This document shows positions 54,669 through 64,000 of a DNA stretch of 64,000 bases, in pieces. The stretch comes from Vicugna vicugna (lineage: Eukaryota): assembly GCA_013265495.1 (NCBI GenBank), contig MU057654.1:9789-73788 (forward strand), read 5' to 3'. The notes under the pieces were generated by a model that was not told the origin of the DNA, searched no databases, and worked only from the letters and a program-made list of their open reading frames with translations. Each line of letters begins with the position of its first letter. The first letter of the stretch is position 1. A program made the position numbers and the translations under genes.

Positions 54669-55539
54669 TAATCATAAATTTTGCAGCCCCATGAACAGTA
54701 TATGAAAAGACATGTTCTTTTTTAACATATTCATCAGATGAGTGTATTGATAAACTTTTGGATTTGCCAGTCTAATAGTTTAGAAATGGTATCTTACTGT
54801 AGTTTTAATTGCATCTCTCTTACTAAAAGCAAGTTTAAGCCTCTTTTCCATATGTTTAAAGATAGTTGTCATTTTTTCCATTAAATGTTTATATTTTTCC
54901 CATGTCTTTGATAGGGTTGTTTTTTAATGACTGTATTGATAAGCTTCAATGTAGAAGAAATATCAACACTTTGTTAGATATTAGTTACACATATTTTTTT
55001 TGTCTTTTTCATTGGCTAGCATGTTTTATGCCATGCCAAATTGTTATTTTTATGTAGTCAAATTTACTAATCTGTTTTCCTTAATGTGTCTGAATTTTGA
55101 GTCATAGTTAGGAAAGTTCTCCTTCCCATCATAGAGACTATAAAATGAAAATTTCATAGACAGCAATTGAATTTGAAGCAGAAGCAAATGAAATACATGC
55201 CTATTTATATGATGGATAAGCTTTGGTGCCATTTTTGTAGGATGTGATACCTGAGAATGGTGAGGAAGAGGAAGTAATCATCCTTTAAATACTTATTTTT
55301 AAACACTAAGGGGACATATTATTTCATTTAACAAGAAATCTGGCAGAAAGACAATTCCAGTATTGGTTTAATTTAGCTGTTCCGACAGTGTCATCAGGGA
55401 CTCAGGTTCTTTCCATCTTCAATGTGTGCTGGTTTCTCTGGGTCTCAGGATCTCAAGATAGCTGCCATAGTTCCCGGCTTCACACTCAAGCAACAATACC
55501 CAGAGGTTGAAAATGAGTGTTTGCCTGCCTCTTTTTCCC

Positions 55540-58500
55540 ATGCCTTTTTTAAAATTGTGGCAAAATATACATAACAAATTGATCATTTTAATCATTTTTA
55601 AATGTATAGTCCAGTGGCATTTAGTGCATTCACATTGTTGTGCAACCATCACCACTTCCCATTGCCAGAATTTTTTATCATCCCAAACAATAACTCTGTA
55701 CCCACTGAACAATAACTCCCCATTATCCCCTCCCCCCAGCTGCTGGTAACCACTATTCTACTTTTTGTCTATGAATTTGACTATTATATATATTTCATAT
55801 ATATGAAATAATACAATATCTATCATTCAGTGTATGGCATATTTCACTTAGCATAATGTCTTCAGGGTTCATCTGTGTTGTAGCATGTATCAGAATTTCA
55901 TTCCATTTTAAGGTTGAATAATATTCCATTGTATGCATATACCCCAATTTGTTTATTTATTCATCTGTCAATGGACATTTGGGTTGTTTCCACCTATTGA
56001 CTATTGTGAATAGTCTGCTAAGAGCATTGTTGTACAAATATATGTTAGAGTGCTGCTTTTAATTTTTCTGGGTATATATCTAGAAGTATGATTGCTGGAT
56101 CATATGAAGATTCTTTGTTTAATTTTTTTGGAAATCATCATCATATTTTCTACAGCAGCTACACCATTTTATATTCCCACCAGCAAGGCACATAGTAACA
56201 ATTTCTCCACATCCACACCAACACTTGTTAATTTTGGGGTTTTGTTTGTTTGTATTTTATTTATTAATTTTTAATTGAAATATAGTTGATTTATAATATT
56301 ATATTAGCTTCAGTTGTACAACACAGTGATTCAATATTTATATAGATAATACTCCATTTAAATTTATTACAAAACAATGGCTATATTCCCTGTTCTGTGT
56401 GATCTCCTTGTTGCTTATCTATTTTATACATAGCAGTTTGTATCATTTAATCCCATACCCCTATCATGCCCTTCTCCCCTTCCCTCTCCCTACTGGTGAT
56501 CACTAGTTTGTTCTCTGTATCTGTGAGTCTTTTTTGTTATATACATTTATTTATTTGTTTTATTTTTTAGATTCCACATATAAGTGATAACATAGATAAT
56601 TTGTCTTCCCCTGTCTGGCTTATTTCACTTAGAACAATACCTTCAAGTTCCATCCATGTTGTCTCAAATGGCAAAATTTCATTCTTTCTTATGGCTGAGT
56701 AGTATTGCATTGCATATATGTATATGTATCTATATATCTGTATATCACATCTTCTTTATCCAATCATTTGTTGATGGACACTTAGGCTGCTTACATATCT
56801 TGGCTATTGTAAATAATGTTGTTGTGAATATTGGGGTGCATGTATTTTTTCAGAGCAGTGTTTTCATTTTCTTCATAGGTATATCCACAAGTAGAATTGC
56901 TGGATCATATGGTAGTTCTATTTTTAGTTTTTTTGGAACCTCCATACTGTTTTCCATAGTGGCTGTACCAATTTACATTCCCACCAGCAGTGTACAAGGA
57001 TTCCCTTTTCTCCACATCTTTGCCAGCATTTGTTATTTGTAAACTTTTTGATGATAGCCATTGTAGTTTTGAGTTGCATTTCTCTAATTATTAGTTATGT
57101 TGAGCATCTTTTCATGTGCTTATTGGCTATTTATACACCTTCTTTGGAGAAATGTCTATTCAAGTCCTTTGCCCAGTTTTAAATCAAGTTGTTCATTTTG
57201 TTGTTGAGTTATAGGAATTCCTTATATGTTCTGGATATTAATCCTTTATCAGATATATATGATTTGCAAATATTTTCTTCCATTTTGTGTGTTGCCTTTT
57301 CACTCTGTTGATAATGTTTTTTGAGGCACAAACGTTGTTAATATTGATGAAGTCCAATTAATGTATCTTTTCTTTTGTTTCCTGTGTGTTTGGTATCCTA
57401 TCTGAGAAACGGTTGCCAAATCCAATATCAGGAAGCTTCTCCTCTATGTTTTCTTTTGAGAGTTTTATAGTTTTAGGTCTTACATTTAGGTCTTTGATTC
57501 ATTTTGAGTTAATTTTTATATATGGTGTAAGATAATTTCATTCTTTCATGTGTGGATATCAGTTTTGTCAGTGCCATTTATTGAAAATACTGTCCTTTGC
57601 TCATTGAATGGTCTTGCACCCTTGCTGAAAATCATTTGACCATATAAAGCTGAGGGTATATTTCTGAGTTGTCTATTATATTACATTGACCTATGTGTCT
57701 GTCTGTATGCTAATAGCACACTGTTTTGATTATTGTCTCTTTGAAATAAATTTGATATGAGAAATGTGTGCCCTCCAATTTTGTTCTTCTTTTTCAAGAT
57801 TGTTTTGGCTACTCGGGGTCCCTTGAGAGTCTGTGTGAATTTTAGGATACGTTTTTAAAGTTTCTGCAAAAACATCATTGAGATTTTGATAGAGTTTACA
57901 CTGAATCTGTAGATCACTTTGGGTGGACAATTTAAGAATACTAAATCTTCTAATCCATGAATATCTTTCCACTTATTTATGTTATCTTTTATTTCCTTCA
58001 GTAATATTTTGTAGTTTTCAGTGTGCAAGTCTTTCGCATCCACAGTTAAGGTTATTCCTAGAGTATTTTATTCTTCTTAATGTAAATGTAGTTGTTTTCA
58101 TACATTCCTTTTTGGATTATTTATTTTTAATGTATGAAAACAACTGATTTTTCAGGTTGACATTATATCCTGCAACTATGCTGAATAAATTTATTAGTCC
58201 TAATAGTTTTTGTGTGTGTGTGTAATCTTCAGGATTTTCTACGTATCAGATCATGTCATCTGCGAACAGAGATAATTCAACTTCTTCCTTTCCAATTTGG
58301 ATACCTTTTTTTTTTAACCTACCTAATTGCTCTGACTAGAGCTTCCAATACTATGTTGCATAGAAGTGGTGAAAATGGGCATCTTTATTCCTGTTCTTGA
58401 TCTTAGTGGAAAAGTTTGTTGTGGGTTTTCATATATGGCATTTATTATGTTGAGGTGGTTCCTTTTATTCCTAGTTTGTTGTGTTTATATCATGAAAGGG

Positions 58501-58845
58501 TGCTGAATTTTATCACATGCTTTTTAAACATGAATTGAGGATATTATGTGTTTTTCCCCCTTCATTCTGTTAATTGGTATAATACATTGTTTAGTTTTTC
58601 ATTGTTGAACCACACATATTCCATGAATAAATCCCATTTTATCATGGTGTATAATCCTTCTATACACTTCTGAATTTGGTTTGCTAGTGTTTTTTTAGGA
58701 TATTTATATCAATATAAGGGATATTGGCCTGAAATATTATTCTTTTCTTGCAGTGTCTTTGTCTGGTTTTGGTATCAGAGTGATACTGGTCTTACAAAAT
58801 GAGTTAAAAACTGTTCTCTCCTCTTCAATACTTTGAGAATTTTTG
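55540..58845 (-). mobile_element. L1M 3' half with a nested younger L1 (~56250-57060)
   Basis: L1 3'UTR and ORF2 motifs (KILLKEIKDNINKWKDI, KVIYRFSVNSIKI). Confidence 0.85.
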
Positions 58846-58849
58846 AAAA

Positions 58850-61081
58850 TAGACTTTCTCTTTTATAGCAGTTTTAGGTTCCCAGCAAAACAGAGCAGAA
58901 AATTATGATTCCCATGTGACCCATTCCCCAACACACACACAGCCTCCCCCACTATCAAAATTACACACCAGAGTGACACATTTGTTACAATCGATGAACC
59001 TACATTGACACATCATTATCACCCAAAGTCCATAATTTACATTAGGGGTCACTCTTGGTGTTGTACAGTTTGTGGGTTTGGACAAGTGTATACTGACATA
59101 TGTCCACAATTATAGTATCATACAGAAAAATTTCACTGCCCTAAAATTCATCTGTGCCCTGCCTATTCATCCCTTCCTTCCCCTAACCACTGGCAACCAC
59201 TGATATTTTTCCTGCCTCCATACCCATGGTCTTTCCAAAATGTCATATAGTTGGTATCATACAATATGTAGCCTTTTCTGATTGACTTCTTTAATTTAGT
59301 AATATACATTTAAAGTTTGTCCATATCTTTTCAAGGCTTGATATGTCGTTTCTCTTCAACGTTGAGTAATAGTCCATTGTTTAAATGTACCACAGTTTAT
59401 CCATTCACCTACTGAAGGACATCTTGATTGCCTCCAAGTTTAGGCAATTATGAATAAAACTGCTATAAACATCCTTGTGCAGGTTTCTATGTGGATGTAA
59501 GTGTTCCACATATTTAGATAAATCCTAAGGAGTTAAACTACTAGATCATGAGGTAAGGGTATGTTTAACTTTCTAAGAAGCTGCCAAACTATCTTCCAAA
59601 ATGGCTGTACCATTTTGCACTTCCATAAACAATAAATCAAAGTTCCTGCTGCTCCACGTCCTCACCAATATTTGTTACTGTTAGTGTCTTGGATTTTTGC
59701 CATTGTAACAGGTGTTTGTGGTAGTATCTCATTGTTGTTTTAATCTAAAATTCCTGAATGATGTGATGTGATGTGATCATCTTTTCTATGGTTATTTGCC
59801 ATCTGTATTTACTGTTTGGTGAGGTGTTTGCTCAGATCTTTTGCCCATTTTAAAATTTGAGTTGTTAATTCTCTTATTGTTGAATTTTAAGAGCTCTTTG
59901 TATATTTTGGATGCCAATCCTTTATCAGATATGTGTTTTTCAAATATTTTATCATAGTCTGTAGCCCATCTTTTCATTTTCTTGGCAGTGTCATCTTTCA
60001 CTGAGCAGAACTGTTTAATTTCATTAATGTGCAGTAGTCAAGACACTGTGAAATAGATCAATGTAACAGAATAAAGAGCCCAGAAATAGACCCATACAAA
60101 TATAGTCAACTGATCTTTGACCAGGAACAAAGGCACTACAATGGATAAAATATAGTATTTTCAACAAATAATGCTGGAACAACAAGCAATTCTCCAAGGA
60201 AGACATACAAATGATCAAAAAACACATGAAAAAATGCTCAATATCACTAATTATCAGAGAAATGCAAATCAAAACTACAATGAGGTATCACCTCACACCA
60301 GTCAGAATGGCCGTCATTCAAAAATCCACAAATGACAAATGCTGGAGAGGCTGTGGAGAAAGGGGAACCCTCCTACACTGCTGGTGGGAATGCAGTTTGG
60401 TGCAGCCACTGTGGAAAACAGTGTGGAGATTCCTCAAAAGACTAGGAATAGACTTACCATATGACCCAGGAATCCCACTCCTGGGCTTGTATCCAGAAGG
60501 AAATCTACTTCAGGATGACACCTGCACCCCAATGTTCATAGCAGCACTATTTACAATAGCCAAAACATGGAAACAGCCTAAATGTCCATCAACAGGTGAC
60601 TGGAGAAAAAAGAGGTGGTATATTTATACAATGGAATACTATTCAGCCATAAAAACCGACAACATAATGCCATTTGCAGCAACATGGATGCTCCTAGAGA
60701 ATGTCATTCTAAGTGAAGTAAGCCAGAAAGAGAAAGAAAAATACCATATGAGATCGCTCATATGTGGAATCTAAAAAACAAAAACAAACAAAAACAAAGC
60801 ATAAATACAGGACAGAAATAGACTCATGGACAGAGAATACAGACTTGTGGTTACCGGGTGGGGGTAGAGGGTGGGAAGGGATAGACTGGGATTTCAAAAT
60901 TGTAGAATAGATAAACAAGATTACACTGTATAGCACAGGGAAATATACACAAAATGTTATGATAAATCACAGAGAAAAAAATGTGACAATGAGTGTGTAT
61001 ATGTCCATGAATGACTGAAAAATTGTGCTGAACACTGGAATTTGACACAACACTGTAAAATGATTATGAATCAATAAAAAA

Positions 61082-61114
<33 letters not shown>

Positions 61115-61585
61115 AAACAAATAAATACAGGACAGAAATAGACTCATGGACAGAGAATACAGACTTGTGGTTACCAGGGTGGTGGAGGGTAGGAAGGGAT
61201 AGACTGGGATTTCAAAACTGTAGAATAGATAAACAAGATTACACTGTATAGTACAGGGAAATAGACACAAAATGTTCTGATAAATCACAGAGAAAAAAAT
61301 GAAAAAAAAAATAAAGCCCCAAAAAATAAATGCTGGAACAACTGGATATCCACGTGAAAAAAATAAGAAATTGGACACAGACCTTACACTCTTCATAAGA
61401 ATAACTCAAAACAGTTTACATAGACCTAAATGAGAAATGCAAAAGTACAAAACCCCAAAAAGATAACCTAGGAAACAATCTAGATGACTTTGGGTTTAGC
61501 AGTGATTTTTTAAATACAGCACCAGACATGATCCATGAAAATAATAATTGATTACCTGGACTAAATTAAAATTAAAAATTTCTGT
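58850..61585 (-). mobile_element. Old L1M element with 5' inversion (minus 58850-60024, plus 60025-61585)
   Basis: Orientation switch at ~60024; both parts end at the same ORF2 position (aaattaaaaa..ttctg). Confidence 0.65.
60184..61328 (+). mobile_element. Young 5'-truncated L1 with open ORF2 C-terminus (60211-60774) and duplicated 3'UTR segment
   Basis: 187-aa stop-free ORF with Cys-rich [18 protein letters not shown] motif; 14-bp TSD aatgctggaacaac (60170-60183 and 61329-61342). Confidence 0.92.
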
Positions 61586-61589
61586 ACTA

Positions 61590-64000
61590 GTTTTAATCTT
61601 TGAATCTTTGGTAGAATTTACCATTGAAACTGCCTGATCCAAGACTTTTATTTCTTGGACAATTTCTGATTACTGATTCAATCTCCTTAATAGATTTAAC
61701 TGTACTCAGATTTTCTACTTATTTATGATTCAATTGGTAGGCTGTGTTTTTCTAGGAATTTTTTCATTTCATCCAAGTTCTCCAATTTGTAGGTGTACAA
61801 TTATTCATTATATTCTCCTATATCCTTTATATTTCTGTAAAATCACTAGTAATATTCCCACTTTCATTCCATTTCATTTATTAATTTGTGTATGTTCTTT
61901 CTTCTCAGTTACTGTAGCTAAAGATTTGTCAATTTTATTGATATTTTCTAAGAATCATTTTGGTTTCATTGATTTTTCTCTTTTGTTTTTCTCTTTTTAT
62001 TTTTATTTATCTCCACTCTAAATGACACATATTATTTCCTTTCTTTTTTATTATTATTTTCTTCCTTTTGCTAGCTTTGGATTTAGTTTGTTCTTCTTTT
62101 TTCTAGTTCCTTACATTGTAATGTTAGGTTGTTAATTTGAGATCTCTTTCCTGTAAGCATTGACAATTGTACATTTCCACCTCAACACTACTTTGATGTA
62201 CCCCATAAGTTTTGGTTGTTGCATTGGTTATTCTTGATTATATTTGTCTCATGGTATTTTCTAAATTCCCTTGTGATTTCTTCTTTGCCCCGTTGATTGC
62301 TCAAGAGTATGTTGTTTAATTTCTATACATTTGTGAACCTTCCAGTTTTTCTTCTGTTATTGATTTCCAGTTTTGTTATATTGTGATTTAAAAAGATAAT
62401 GTGTATGATTTCAATCTTTTAAAATTTATTAAGACTAGTTTTGTAACCAACATATAGGGTCTATTCTGGAGAATATTCCATGTGCAGCTGAGAACAATGT
62501 TATGCTGATATTGTTGGTTGGAGTTTTCTATACATTTTTGTTAGGTCCAATTGGTTTATACTGGTGTCCTCCTCCCACCCACTTTGTGTTAGTGATATCA
62601 CCAATTACATCTTTATACATTGTGTACCCATTAAAATAGATTTATTATTTTTGATGTATTTGTCTTTTAAAATTAAAAGTGGATTTATAAATCAAAATTT
62701 TAAAAATACTGATTTTTATATTTTCCCATGTATTTTACCTTTACTGGAGATCTTTATAGTTTTATATAGCTACAGATTCCTTTTTAGTGTCCTTTCTTTT
62801 CAACTTAAAGGAATCCCTTTAGCCTTTCTTGTAGGGCAGGTCTAGTGCTAATGAATTTTCTCAGCTTGTTTATCTGAGAATGCCTTAATTTCACCCTAAT
62901 TTTTGAAGGATTGTTTTCACAGGTATAGAATTCTTATTTGATAGATTGTTTCTTTCAGTACTTTAAATATATTATCCTACCACATTCTGGCCTCTAAATT
63001 TCAGCTGACAGTCTTATTGAGAATCCTTTGTATGTGATGAATTGATTTTCTCTTGCTACTTGAAAGATTCTGTCTTTTCCTATTGACAGTTTGGTTTTAA
63101 TGGGTCTTGGTGTGGAACTGTTTGTGCTTGTTGTACTTGGGGTTTGTTGAGCCTCTTTTACTTGTACATTCACATACTTTGTCAAATTTGGGATGTTTTC
63201 AGTCATTATTTTTTCATACAATCTTTCTGCCACTTTCTGTCTCTCTTCTTCTGTGACTCTCATGATGTGTATCTTTGTCTTCTTGAGGGCATCCCTTAAG
63301 TCCTTCAGGCTCTGTTCACTTTTCTTCATTATTTCTTCTTTCTGCTCCTCAGACTCCATACTTACTAACGTCCTATATTCAAATGCACTGATTCTTTCTT
63401 CTGCTTGATCAAATATATGATTGAACCATTCTAATATACTTTTCAATTTCATTAAAGGATTTTTCAGGTCCAGAATTTGGTCCCTTTTAATAATCTCTGT
63501 CTTTGTTGATATTATCTTGTTCATACTTCTTTTTCCTGATTTCCTTTAGTTCTTTGTCTGTTTTCCTTTAGTTCTTGAGCATATGTGACAGTTGCTTTAA
63601 AATCTGTCTGGAAAGTCCCACGTCAGAGCTTCTTCGGGTGGAGATGTTTCTATCAGTTTATTCTGTGCCTTTGAATAGACTTTATTTTCCTGTTTTTTTG
63701 TATGCTTTGTCATTTTTGGTTGCAGAGTGAACATTTGAAATAACAACTACCCCTATCAGTCTTTGAAGACTTGTTCTCTACAAGGATAGTCCTTTACCAA
63801 TGAGCTGAACTTGCTCTATTTATAGGAATTAGCCCGAAGTGAAAGCTTAAGATCTTCTCAGGCTTTCTCTGCACATGCATGTTGCATGGGCCTGTGTGTG
63901 AATTTCTCGATTCGCTTTTATACATGGCTACTTTTAAATGTCTTAATTTATCAAAGAATCTCACCCCAGATTCTTCTTGGCACCTTAAATAGTCTATTGT
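61590..64000 (-). mobile_element. Old L1 ORF2/ORF1 remnants
   Basis: Minus ORF 62994-63524 (DQAEERISAFE...EAQQTP...TPRPI...ITYKGFSIRLSAE) is L1 ORF1. Confidence 0.88.

Noticed and set aside
38100..64000. ZMAT1 or NXF/TCP11X coding exons expected from synteny
   Set aside because: No matrin-type zinc finger or other recognisable coding exon was found, so the 38.1-kb promoter is left unassigned.

Overview
Mammalian X-chromosome DNA from the BEX/TCEAL cluster. It is probably a camelid, judging by two tRNA-derived SINEs and young L1 3' ends; this is an inference. Three genes are recognisable: BEX5 (+, CDS 3812-4153), an intact TCEAL2/TCEAL4-type gene (+, CDS 17060-17692) and a TCEAL3/5/6-type gene (-, 30371-29780) with a frameshift near 30001. 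The main structure is an old palindrome carrying the two convergent TCEAL genes, with arms of about 5 kb (~14970-19960 and ~27370-32485). The arms are clearly diverged except for a 1372-bp block covering promoter, CpG island, exon 1 and most of intron 1 (15185-16556 vs 30904-32275), which appears to be an exact, indel-free inverted copy. This points to promoter-restricted gene conversion and a possibly invertible 14.3-kb cassette. Further right are an unassigned CpG promoter with adjacent RFX X-box and CRE (~38150), candidate non-coding or decayed exons, and an old direct duplication (~36.8-39.6 kb vs ~46.8-47.55 kb). The rest is mostly L1, L2, MIR, MaLR/ERV and DNA-transposon remnants; subfamily names and most repeat boundaries are approximate, by-eye calls.
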